From Monoglobus pectinilyticus (lineage in GTDB: Bacteria; Bacillota; Clostridia; Monoglobales; Monoglobaceae): a stretch of DNA of 40,000 nucleotides. Below are positions 15,342 through 24,110 of this stretch, one piece after another; positions within the stretch are counted from its first letter, which is position 1; every line of letters begins with the position of its first letter. The translations under genes and the position numbers were made by a program. The notes under the pieces are model-generated. The model saw nothing but the letters and a program-made list of their open reading frames with translations, searched no databases and was not told the origin of the DNA. The stretch spans positions 2,106,451 to 2,146,450 of the forward strand of contig NZ_CP020991.1 of assembly GCF_002874775.1 (NCBI RefSeq), read 5' to 3'.

Positions 15342-17882
15342 ATGAAAACAGCAATAGAAATACAGGATAAAGTTACCGCACCTATTAAATCAATGTATAA
15401 TGCTATGAATCTTCTTATTTCCGGATTTGAGAGAATGCAGAATATGCCTGGAAATCTTGTAGATACAAAGTCAATTGCCGCTGCACGTTCTGAATTAACA
15501 AATGTAAAAACGGTATTGAGCGGAGCAGAAAAGGGCGCTAAAAAGTTGAACACAGCGTCAACATCTGCCGGAAATGCTGTTAAGACTATTGGTCAATCAT
15601 CAGCTAACATATCCAGAGTTTCAAGCTCTATGAATTCAGCTGTAAACTCAACCAAAAGATTTTCTACAGCCACAACTCAATCTATTCAAGGATTAAGAGG
15701 TCTTGTGACAAGCCTATCGAACGTAAAAAATAAAATTGTAAGCGCAACAACTACTGGTATATCTAAATTTAAACAACTTGCAACATCAATGAAAGAAAGT
15801 TCCTCTTCTGGTAATGGTATGGTTGGTGTGTTAGGAAAAGTAGCGGCGGCTGTAGGCTCTGTTATGGGAGTAAAACAAATTATCAACTTATCTGATACCA
15901 TGTCTCAAACAAAGGCTCGGCTTGATTTAATGAATGATGGACTTCAAAGCACTAAAGAATTGCAAGATAGAATTTTTGATTCTGCCCAAAAGTCCAGAGG
16001 TTCATATCAAGATACGGCTGACCTAGTATCCAAACTCGGACTAAATGCAAAAGACGCATTTGAAAACACTGCACAAATCGTTGATTTTGCTGAACAAGTG
16101 AATAAACAATTCGTTATATCCGGTGCGAGTGCGGAGGAAACAAAAAATGCAACATTGCAATTAACACAGGCACTATCATCTGGGGTTCTTAGGGGAGATG
16201 AACTACGCAGTATATTTGAACAAGCGCCTACATTGATTCAAAGTATAGCGAATTATATGGGTGTGCCAATAGGGCGCATCAGAGATATGGCAGCAGAAGG
16301 ACAAATAACAGCTGAAACGGTAAAAAATGCACTATTAGGGTGTGCTGATGAAACAAACGCTAAATTTGCTAGTATGCCATTAACATTTAGTCAGTTGTGG
16401 ACAAATTTTAAAAATAGAGCTATGCAAGCGTTTCAGCCAGTTCTTGAAAAAATAAACGAGCTTGCAAATAACGGAAAGCTGGAAGAATACATAGGTAAAA
16501 TAGCTGAAGCAATGGTGACGGTCAGTGATGTAATTATGAACGTCATAACATGGGTATTAGACCATCAAGATATAGTTAAGGCGGCTTTTATTGGGCTTTC
16601 TGTTGCTATTGGTGCAATGACTGTAGCTATGTGGGCTTTTAATATTGCTTCATATGCCAATCCGGTAATCTGGATTGTTTTGGCTATCATAGCAGTTGTA
16701 GCCTTATTAGTGGCTGGGATAGTTTTAGTCGTCGAACATTGGAACGAAATAAAAGATGCGGCAAGTGCTTGCTGGGAAGGTGTTAAAAGTGCTTGGGGGA
16801 ATGTTACAGATTTCTTCAAAGGAATATGGAATAGTATTGTTTCCAGCGTAACAGGTCTGTGGAATAATATTGTTTCGATATTTACAACGATAAAAAATTT
16901 TTTTGTCGGCATTTGGAACAGTATGTATACTGTTGTTTCTACATTTTGGGGTGCTATATGGAATACTATTTCTCCAATAGTTATGGCTATATGGAATTTA
17001 ATCAGTACGATATTCACTATAATATGGACAATAATTTCAACCATAATGCAGGGAATATTTCACGTAATAAGTAATGTGTGGAACGTAATATATAACGCCG
17101 TTTCAGGGGTGCTAATCTCTATATGGAACATTATAACAAGCATATGGAACAGTATATACAGTGCCGTCTCAGGCGTATTGTCCTCAATATGGGATGCAGT
17201 GTCGAGCATATGGAACAGTATATATAATGCAATTTCGGGCGTATTAAGCAGTATATTCAGCACTGTTTCTAGTATCTGGAACAGCATATTCTCAGCTGTA
17301 AGAAATAAGGTTGTTGAAATATATAACAATGTCAAAGACAAGTTTACGGAAATACTTAATTATCTTAGTGGTTTGAAAGATAAATTTTTACAAAAAGGAC
17401 ATGAAATGATAGACGGTCTTATAATGGGTATTGCGGATAAAATAAACGGTGTTACAAGTAAGATTAAGGAGTTGGGAGAAAAAGCGGTTGGGGCTATAAA
17501 ACAATTCTTTAACATAAATTCACCGTCAAAGGTAATGCGTGAACTCGGTAACTTTACATTTGAGGGATTTAATCTTGGACTTGCAGACCAAATAAACGCT
17601 ATCAAAAACACATCACTTAATATGGGTGCAGTGGTTACGGCTAATTCAATGCCTGACCTTAAAGCAAATCTGGACTATTCAGGAAAAAAAGATTTCAGCG
17701 CAATGCGTGAGACTATAGCTAGTAATACTACTAACAGTACATATATTCACGCTCCTGTTACTGTAACCCAAAAGAATGATATTGTTGTTCAAAATGGCGA
17801 GAGCACTGATAATCTTATTAAGAAATTATCAAGAGGAATGGAAGAAAACGCAGAAATTGTGTGGAAAGGGGTATTAGCATAA
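15342..17882 (+). CDS. Tail tape measure protein
   Basis: About 846 aa after the chaperone. ATG 15342 lies 6 nt after AGGA; GTG 15321 is also possible. Contains the TMP N-terminal region, TM segments and W/F-periodic repeats. Confidence 0.9.
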   Translation: MKTAIEIQDKVTAPIKSMYNAMNLLISGFERMQNMPGNLVDTKSIAAARSELTNVKTVLSGAEKGAKKLNTASTSAGNAVKTIGQSSANISRVSSSMNSAVNSTKRFSTATTQSIQGLRGLVTSLSNVKNKIVSATTTGISKFKQLATSMKESSSSGNGMVGVLGKVAAAVGSVMGVKQIINLSDTMSQTKARLDLMNDGLQSTKELQDRIFDSAQKSRGSYQDTADLVSKLGLNAKDAFENTAQIVDFAEQVNKQFVISGASAEETKNATLQLTQALSSGVLRGDELRSIFEQAPTLIQSIANYMGVPIGRIRDMAAEGQITAETVKNALLGCADETNAKFASMPLTFSQLWTNFKNRAMQAFQPVLEKINELANNGKLEEYIGKIAEAMVTVSDVIMNVITWVLDHQDIVKAAFIGLSVAIGAMTVAMWAFNIASYANPVIWIVLAIIAVVALLVAGIVLVVEHWNEIKDAASACWEGVKSAWGNVTDFFKGIWNSIVSSVTGLWNNIVSIFTTIKNFFVGIWNSMYTVVSTFWGAIWNTISPIVMAIWNLISTIFTIIWTIISTIMQGIFHVISNVWNVIYNAVSGVLISIWNIITSIWNSIYSAVSGVLSSIWDAVSSIWNSIYNAISGVLSSIFSTVSSIWNSIFSAVRNKVVEIYNNVKDKFTEILNYLSGLKDKFLQKGHEMIDGLIMGIADKINGVTSKIKELGEKAVGAIKQFFNINSPSKVMRELGNFTFEGFNLGLADQINAIKNTSLNMGAVVTANSMPDLKANLDYSGKKDFSAMRETIASNTTNSTYIHAPVTVTQKNDIVVQNGESTDNLIKKLSRGMEENAEIVWKGVLA
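16791..17300 (+). repeat. In-frame tandem repeats within the tape measure gene (SIWN/SIF units spaced 7 + 11 residues)
   Basis: Example: SIWNIITSIWNSIYSAVSGVLSSIWDAVSSIWNSIYNAISGVLSSIFSTVSSIWNSIFSAV. The repeats are also visible at nucleotide level (atatggaacagtatata recurring). Confidence 0.85.
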
Positions 17883-18943
17883 TGGCTTATTCTTTTTTTG
17901 TGGCAGGAACAAAATTACCAGTGCCGCCGTCATCCTTTACAACTAAAATCGTAAATAAAAATGAGACGTATGAACTAGTTGATGACGGAGAAATAAATAT
18001 TATTAAAAAAGCGGGATTGAAAGAGTTTTCATTTGAGGTTGAATTACCGTGTACAGAACGTCCATACGCTAATTATGAAGATGGTTTTCTTCCGCCTTTA
18101 CATTATTTAGAATTATTTGCATATTTAAAAAGCGAATTATTACCGTTCCAACTTGATATTTATAGAGAACTCCCTAGCGGTGAAGATACATATTACACGA
18201 ACGAAACTGTGACACTCGAAGATTATACAGTTACCGAGGAAGCGACTAACGGTCAAGACGTAAAAGTCGAATTGAATTTTAAAAAATATAGACAGTATTC
18301 AACCGCTACCGTTATGCAAGATGAAGACGGATTGCATTATACTATTGTCCGGGGTACAGATAAGCGAATAAACAGGGTTGTAGATGTGAAAGACGGTGAC
18401 ACTTTAGCCACTATAGCTATGAGAGAATTTGGACGGGCAGACCAAAATTTGATTGATTATCTATACGCTATAAATAAAGAAAACATAGATGCTGAATGTG
18501 CAAAAAGGGGAGTATCTCCACCACAGATATTCCCCGGTATGTCTATACGACTTACTGACGACAGTTTCGGGAATATCGATGAATACAACGCCAATAACAA
18601 TGTTGGCGATAATAAGTTACAGGTTGAAGACGTAAACAAGATAACTGAGGAGGGATTAACAGTGACACAATACGAAAGTATAATGCAGACTGTTATGGGA
18701 CATCAAAACAGATTAAACGCTATGAGCAGTTATATGATATATAACTATGTTGATAAGAATATGCCGAAAGAATTTCGGCCAATAGTAAGATTTTTAAATT
18801 ATAAGGGTTGGTTAAAAGGAGATGACAGCGGAGAACTCGGTTTAACTGATGATATGCTTAGAATTTTAGCGGCTCTTGCCCGTTCCGGTGCTTTTGGTAA
18901 TGACTGTCCTACCCCTGAAGATGAAAAAGACTGGGGGGATTAA
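17882..18943 (+). CDS. XkdP-like LysM tail protein with an added C-terminal 69-aa wall-binding-like module
   Basis: ATG 17882 overlaps the TMP stop (TAATG). LysM-like VKDGDTLATIAMREFG...IFPGMSIRL. The C-terminal MIYNYVDKNMPKEF...KGDDSGELGLTDDMLR...FGNDCPTPE is shared with two other proteins. Confidence 0.7.
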   Translation: MAYSFFVAGTKLPVPPSSFTTKIVNKNETYELVDDGEINIIKKAGLKEFSFEVELPCTERPYANYEDGFLPPLHYLELFAYLKSELLPFQLDIYRELPSGEDTYYTNETVTLEDYTVTEEATNGQDVKVELNFKKYRQYSTATVMQDEDGLHYTIVRGTDKRINRVVDVKDGDTLATIAMREFGRADQNLIDYLYAINKENIDAECAKRGVSPPQIFPGMSIRLTDDSFGNIDEYNANNNVGDNKLQVEDVNKITEEGLTVTQYESIMQTVMGHQNRLNAMSSYMIYNYVDKNMPKEFRPIVRFLNYKGWLKGDDSGELGLTDDMLRILAALARSGAFGNDCPTPEDEKDWGD

Positions 18944-18944
18944 T

Positions 18945-19955
18945 ATGAGTGTTTGCAGAGTGTACATTGACCCTCTGAGAGATTACAGCGGCAATAATGC
19001 AGGAGCTTCATATTTTGGAGTGCGTGAACAAGACATGAACTGGTTTGTGGCAAAAAGAGTTTCTGAAACACTTGATAATTACACATTTATGAACTCACAG
19101 AAATATTCATCTTTTGAAACTCATTTAAGCCGGGAAACAAAAGAAACTACGAAAAGTGAAGATATGTGGGAGAGCTTGCGTATACGTCTGAATGAGAGTG
19201 AAAAGCTATGGGACGATGGAGGAGAGCAGACACCTTATTACATTTATTTGGGGATAGGCTCTGAACCGTCCGGGAATAAAGAGACCAGTACAGAAAGAGG
19301 TATAAGCTGTCACTATGAAAAGAGAAATGCACCGGGTATTGATAACGATACGTGGAACGCATGGAGCTATAGTTTAGCTGATACTATACTTAATACAGTT
19401 GTGAAAAATACTGATATGCCTGAATATAAAATACCTATAACGCTGACAAGGTATCTGCCAATAAATGAAAATGAAAAAATAATGTGCGGTGTTACGGCTC
19501 ACGTAGGACGAATAAATAATGCAAATGACGCTAGATTATTATACAACGAAGAGACAAGGAATGCTATAGCTGACAATATAGCGGAGGCTATAGCATATTG
19601 GGTAGACCAGGATTACACAAGCGGGAACGTGCCTGATAAATATAAGACACCATATACAGCCATAGATAACGCCAAAGACAGGGCAAAGGCAGTTCTTGCC
19701 GAAATACAGAAGAACGAGGAATTATTGTCTGAAATAGAAAGCCGAATGGTATACAATTACATAGATAAAAATTTCCCGTCTTATGCTATAGGAACCATTG
19801 AATATTTAATTGACAATGGATTTTTAATTTTAAAAGGAGACGATAGCGGAGAACTTGGGTTGACTGATGACATGATACGTCAAATTTGTATTTTTGCCCG
19901 AGCTGGTATTTTCGGAAAAGATTGTCCTACACCTGAAAACTATATCCCGTTATGA
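18945..19955 (+). CDS. Degenerate Amidase_3-like tail-module protein with the same C-terminal 69-aa module
   Basis: ATG 18945 follows GGGGGA. The N-terminal RVYIDPLRDYSGNNAGASYFGVREQDMN parallels KIYIDPGHNPTGNDTGAVGYGLKEQDVS of the endolysin, but the metal-ligand positions are substituted. Confidence 0.55.
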   Translation: MSVCRVYIDPLRDYSGNNAGASYFGVREQDMNWFVAKRVSETLDNYTFMNSQKYSSFETHLSRETKETTKSEDMWESLRIRLNESEKLWDDGGEQTPYYIYLGIGSEPSGNKETSTERGISCHYEKRNAPGIDNDTWNAWSYSLADTILNTVVKNTDMPEYKIPITLTRYLPINENEKIMCGVTAHVGRINNANDARLLYNEETRNAIADNIAEAIAYWVDQDYTSGNVPDKYKTPYTAIDNAKDRAKAVLAEIQKNEELLSEIESRMVYNYIDKNFPSYAIGTIEYLIDNGFLILKGDDSGELGLTDDMIRQICIFARAGIFGKDCPTPENYIPL

Positions 19956-19964
19956 TAAATGTAA

Positions 19965-19993
19965 TTGACAATATTTTCCTCATATGATATATT
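19965..19993 (+). promoter_or_regulatory. Near-consensus sigma-A promoter of the baseplate-module moron
   Basis: TTGACA (19965-19970), 17-nt spacer, TGa-TATATT (extended -10, 19985-19993). Confidence 0.65.
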
Positions 19994-20024
19994 AATTACA
20001 ATATATTATATGGGAGGTAATTTT

Positions 20025-21275
20025 TTGAAAAAATTTGTTTGCGGATTATTGGTTGGAGTAATTATAAGTGGCTTAGTTGGAGTGTATGCGGTAAATCAAA
20101 TATACGATAATCCATATTCGATATATGTTAACGGAGAGCAAAAACAGATACAGGGTTATAATATTGACGGTTATAGCTATTTTAAATTAAGAGATATAGC
20201 GCAGGCAACGAATAAGTTCAATGTTGATTTTCAAAATGATAATGTAATTATTGATACGTCAAAAGGGTATTCAGAGGAGAATAAGCAACCGGAACAATTA
20301 AAAATAGATGAAAAGAAAATATATTGTGATTATTTAAATAATGTTGAAAAGATTGAAGTTCTTAATCATCCGGCAGGTGATACAACTGAATATATTAGTG
20401 TAAATGATTTATTATATTATATGACTGATGTTAATAACGACGGGGTGCAAGATTTAGCGTTTTCATCAAAGAACTATCCTAATAATGGGTTAGGTATTTT
20501 AACTATAGATAATAATAGGGTTACCGAACTTATAACTCCTTCTATTATTCCTTATAGTGCTGGTTCCGAAACATGTACTTTAGCTATGTATGATAATAAA
20601 TATGGGATATTTAAACATAGGGAGAATTCAGCTGATGATTTTGTTTTTACCACTATTGTTGGAAAGAGTAAATTTAATACAACTTTAAGTGGCTATCATC
20701 ATGAAGATATTGGTTATATAATTAACAATGAAAATGTTGGAGAATTAAATTGGTGGTCGATATTTAACAATATTATTCCAGTAAAATTTTATGGTTTTGA
20801 TTCTCTTGTATCTACTTCAAGTGAGTATTCAGGGGAAGAGCCAGACGATATTATATATTATGATTATGGAAATAATAGTTGGGCTCCTGATTATGGAGCA
20901 TATTCTGGTTTAAAATATGGGATAAATAATTTAGAATCAATCATTGATTACACCGAAAAACAATTAGTTTCTAACAGCAGTGTTATTACGTATGAATATG
21001 TATATAATGAAAAACAAATTAATTCATATATAGAATTATTAATGAGTATTGGGTTTAGTAGAAGATACCTTGAAAATGACTTGTTTGTATATCAAGAAAA
21101 GTTTCCTATTTTAATGTATAAAAAAAGTGATATAGTGCTATCAAAAAACGGTAATTATATTACTATAAATAATTCTCCTGATTATGAAAAGGTTTTTGTT
21201 TCGACTTCTCCCGGTAAAAGTCCAGAAGATATAATAAAAGAGGCTCAAAATAATATAGATAAACTTTACTTATAA
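20025..21275 (+). CDS. Membrane-anchored/secreted moron protein with copper-amine-oxidase-N-like stalk domain
   Basis: TTG 20025 lies 7 nt after GGGAGG; ATG 20010 is the alternative. The N-terminal KKFVCGLLVGVIISGLVGVYAV is a signal-anchor. YVNGEQKQIQGYNIDGYSYFKLRDIAQATNKFNVDFQNDNVIID fits the Cu_amine_oxidN1-type fold. DVNNDGVQDLAF is an FG-GAP-like motif. Confidence 0.6.
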   Translation: MKKFVCGLLVGVIISGLVGVYAVNQIYDNPYSIYVNGEQKQIQGYNIDGYSYFKLRDIAQATNKFNVDFQNDNVIIDTSKGYSEENKQPEQLKIDEKKIYCDYLNNVEKIEVLNHPAGDTTEYISVNDLLYYMTDVNNDGVQDLAFSSKNYPNNGLGILTIDNNRVTELITPSIIPYSAGSETCTLAMYDNKYGIFKHRENSADDFVFTTIVGKSKFNTTLSGYHHEDIGYIINNENVGELNWWSIFNNIIPVKFYGFDSLVSTSSEYSGEEPDDIIYYDYGNNSWAPDYGAYSGLKYGINNLESIIDYTEKQLVSNSSVITYEYVYNEKQINSYIELLMSIGFSRRYLENDLFVYQEKFPILMYKKSDIVLSKNGNYITINNSPDYEKVFVSTSPGKSPEDIIKEAQNNIDKLYL

Positions 21276-21300
21276 TATATACTATAAATAAATATTTTTC

Positions 21301-21327
21301 AAGACACCTTAGAGGGTGTCTTTTTTA
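21301..21327 (+). terminator. Rho-independent terminator of the moron
   Basis: AAGACACC (21301-21308) pairs with GGTGTCTT (21315-21322), running into a T-run. Confidence 0.8.
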
Positions 21328-21349
21328 TTGAAAAAAGAGGTGAACAAAA

Positions 21350-23377
21350 CTGGCTACGGCAAAACAGTTAGTAGAAATCGCAGAAAAGGAAATAGGATAC
21401 ACTGAAAATAGCGGTGTATACAAAGAGTATGACAGTACCGGGCAAGCGTGGTGTGCATATTTTGTTTCTTGGTGCTTAAAAACAGCCGGAATCAGTGTTT
21501 ATGGAACTCAAGGCGCAGCGGCGGCTTTTGCATACATGGCAGAAAATGAGGGAAAAGGTACATTTCACGGTAAAGGAAGTGGCTATTCACCAAAAATCGG
21601 GGATTTGTTTTTAAAAGATTATAACGGGGTTGATTGGGCTTCACATATAGGAATAGTAAGAACGGACGCCGCAAATGGAAGTTTCTCAAGTGTGGAGGGA
21701 AACTCTAGTAATAGTGTTGCTTCTAATACCCGCAATGTTTCAGATTATTGTTATGTGACACCGCCTTTTAACGGTTCTAGTGTTGGTGCTGCTCCCTTAG
21801 CTCCGCAACGTGAAATAGTTATTGAGTTGCCCGGCGGTCTTGGAAAAATATATACATATGAAACGTGGAACCGGGAGGAACATGGATATTCTGCATGGAA
21901 TTCTGATTCTGCGCAAAAGAAATTGATAACCGTTTCAAAACAGCGCAATGAATACAGTTTTGACGGTGAGGGATATGGATTTGTCGGCAAGCGTTATGTT
22001 GTAGCAATGACAAGCACATTCGGGGATATTGGTGATTATGTAGATATTTATTGTGCCGACGGTAGGGTTATAAATGCTGTAATAGGTGATGAAAAAAGTC
22101 AAACATATGAAGACTGGGACAATAATCCGGCTAATAAATGGGGACATGAAAACGGTCAAATTGTTGTTGAATTTTTGACAAATTGGTCAGCTAATCCATT
22201 GCATGAAAACCCGTCGTCAAATGGTGGGGTTTTAAAAGTTATCAATCTAGGAAACTATTTTAATTATCCCGAATATGCTATTGGATTTGACGGAACGGGC
22301 GGTGTCGCTGACAGCAATAGCGGTAAAAGTATAACATCAATACAGACTATGTCATATATAGGCGCCAGTGTAGATTTTAGAGAAAATCCTCTTAACAGCA
22401 AAAAAATGTTAAATCAAAATAATATAGAGTTATATATATCAGGAGCAGAAGGAGTTATATATAAACCGGTTGTAGTTGATGAAATAACGTGGGAAACAGA
22501 AGCGTACGGAAGTCCGGCACAGCTTGAATTTACTATTATCAAGGATGCGTATATATCTTTTGAGGAGGGCGACCAGGTTATATTTAAATATAAGGGTGCT
22601 CCTGCATTTTACGGTTTTATATTTCAAAAACAACGAACAAAACAACATCATATAAAAGTAACTGCTTATGACCAGACAAGATATTTTAAGAATAGTGACT
22701 GTTTTGTATTTGAGGGCTGTACAGCTACAGAAATAGTAAAATCTATTTGTAATGATTATAAAATAGCATATGGCCAACTTGAAGACACCGGAATTAAGTT
22801 ACCGCTTACAGTTTGTGACAATGTTCAGGTTTTTCAAATAATCGAAAATGCTTTAGATTATACGGTAGCACAAGGCGGCTATCGTTTTTTATTGTGGGAT
22901 AATTTTGGCTCTTTAGTTTTGGCTCCTAAGTTTTGGTACAAAAAAAATTATGTTGTATGTGATTTTACCGCCCAGGATTTTGATTATACAACAACCATAA
23001 ATGAGGGTACATATACAAGAGTTAAGCTATATTATGACAACGACCAAACAGGTACAAGAGAAGTATATATCAGAGATAAGTCTGCCGAATATCCTAAATT
23101 TGGTGTACTGCAATATTGCAGTACCCTTGATGAGGGGGAAGACGGAGTAAAAAAAGCTGAGGAAATTATAAAAATTACTACTAATAAAATAAGAAAACTT
23201 GATATAAAAGGAGCGTTAGGAGATGTAACGGTAAGAGGAGGAACTCAGGTATATGTTGAGCTTAATTTAGGGGACATAATTCAAAAAAAGTGGATGGAAT
23301 GTTTTAGTGCAAAACACACATTTAAAAATGGAGAGCATTTTATGGATTTACATTTAGTAGGAGGTCAATTTATATGA
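21350..23377 (+). CDS. Tail-associated lysin / baseplate hub: N-terminal CHAP peptidase + central domain + XkdQ-like C-terminal half; apparent CTG start
   Basis: The frame is open from 21344. CHAP motifs: GQAWCAYFVSWC (Cys codon 21452-21454), DWASHIGIV, VEGNSSN. The first ATG (21536) lies downstream of the catalytic Cys. GAGGTG 21337-21342 sits 7 nt before CTG 21350. The C-terminal half resembles XkdQ. Confidence 0.75.
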   Translation: MATAKQLVEIAEKEIGYTENSGVYKEYDSTGQAWCAYFVSWCLKTAGISVYGTQGAAAAFAYMAENEGKGTFHGKGSGYSPKIGDLFLKDYNGVDWASHIGIVRTDAANGSFSSVEGNSSNSVASNTRNVSDYCYVTPPFNGSSVGAAPLAPQREIVIELPGGLGKIYTYETWNREEHGYSAWNSDSAQKKLITVSKQRNEYSFDGEGYGFVGKRYVVAMTSTFGDIGDYVDIYCADGRVINAVIGDEKSQTYEDWDNNPANKWGHENGQIVVEFLTNWSANPLHENPSSNGGVLKVINLGNYFNYPEYAIGFDGTGGVADSNSGKSITSIQTMSYIGASVDFRENPLNSKKMLNQNNIELYISGAEGVIYKPVVVDEITWETEAYGSPAQLEFTIIKDAYISFEEGDQVIFKYKGAPAFYGFIFQKQRTKQHHIKVTAYDQTRYFKNSDCFVFEGCTATEIVKSICNDYKIAYGQLEDTGIKLPLTVCDNVQVFQIIENALDYTVAQGGYRFLLWDNFGSLVLAPKFWYKKNYVVCDFTAQDFDYTTTINEGTYTRVKLYYDNDQTGTREVYIRDKSAEYPKFGVLQYCSTLDEGEDGVKKAEEIIKITTNKIRKLDIKGALGDVTVRGGTQVYVELNLGDIIQKKWMECFSAKHTFKNGEHFMDLHLVGGQFI

Positions 23378-23697
23378 TTGATATAACAGAATTTACAAGG
23401 GCGGTAAAACGTGTTGCCGTTCAGGCTGTTAAAGAAACAGTTCCGGCTAACGCTGTGTTTGGGACGGTTGTTTCTGCTGAGCCGTTACAAATAGATGTTG
23501 GATACGAAAAACCTATAAGCGGAAGTCTTATAATACTACCGCTATGTTTTGATAAAAAAACATATACAACTACAAGCAGCGGTAGTCCGCCGCATAGACA
23601 CACAATAGAAATTGATAACAGCCTAAAGGTAGGAGACAAAGTTGCACTGCTTAAAATGCAGGGCGGTCAAAGACATGTTGTATTGGGGGTTGTGTAA
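23374..23697 (+). CDS. XkdR-like baseplate protein (DUF2577-type)
   Basis: 107 aa, ATGA-coupled. Sits at the position of xkdR in the PBSX order. Confidence 0.55.
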   Translation: MIDITEFTRAVKRVAVQAVKETVPANAVFGTVVSAEPLQIDVGYEKPISGSLIILPLCFDKKTYTTTSSGSPPHRHTIEIDNSLKVGDKVALLKMQGGQRHVVLGVV

Positions 23698-24110
23698 TGT
23701 TACCAGTTATATCTACGCCTAGAGAAAAAATTATTGAGACTAAAGTAGTTATATACCCCTCTAAAACATATGAAATAGATTGGGAAAACAAACGTATAGC
23801 TGGGTCAATTGACGGCGTAAAAGCGTTACAGCAATCAATACACTTAATTTTACTAACTCAAAGGTATCGTTATCCAATATATAGTTGGGATTATGCTACA
23901 GATATTGACCCTCTATACGGTATGAGAAAAGATTTTGTTGTGCCTGAACTGCAATGTAGAATACGTGAAGCATTATTACAAGATGATAGGATAACGGACA
24001 TTATAGATTTTAAAATTAACCATATAGAAAGAGGCAAATACGATGTTAGTTTTGCGGTGAAGAACAAAATATCAGATACGCTCTACATAAATGAGGTGAT
24101 AGAAGCATGA
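23697..24110 (+). CDS. XkdS-like baseplate wedge protein (gp25/W-like, DUF2634-type)
   Basis: 137 aa. Its start overlaps the previous stop (TAATG 23695-23699). Precedes the baseplate J gene. Confidence 0.55.
   Translation: MLPVISTPREKIIETKVVIYPSKTYEIDWENKRIAGSIDGVKALQQSIHLILLTQRYRYPIYSWDYATDIDPLYGMRKDFVVPELQCRIREALLQDDRITDIIDFKINHIERGKYDVSFAVKNKISDTLYINEVIEA

Noticed and set aside
16791-17300. CRISPR array or non-coding tandem repeat
   Set aside because: The repeats are in-frame within the tape measure ORF and have no spacer-repeat architecture. No CRISPR array occurs anywhere in the window.
16565-17341. Long minus-strand ORFs (159 aa and 93 aa) inside the tape measure gene
   Set aside because: They are antisense shadows of the in-frame SIW repeats. 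Their repetitive hydrophobic translation has no SD or start context, and the + strand gene is unambiguous.
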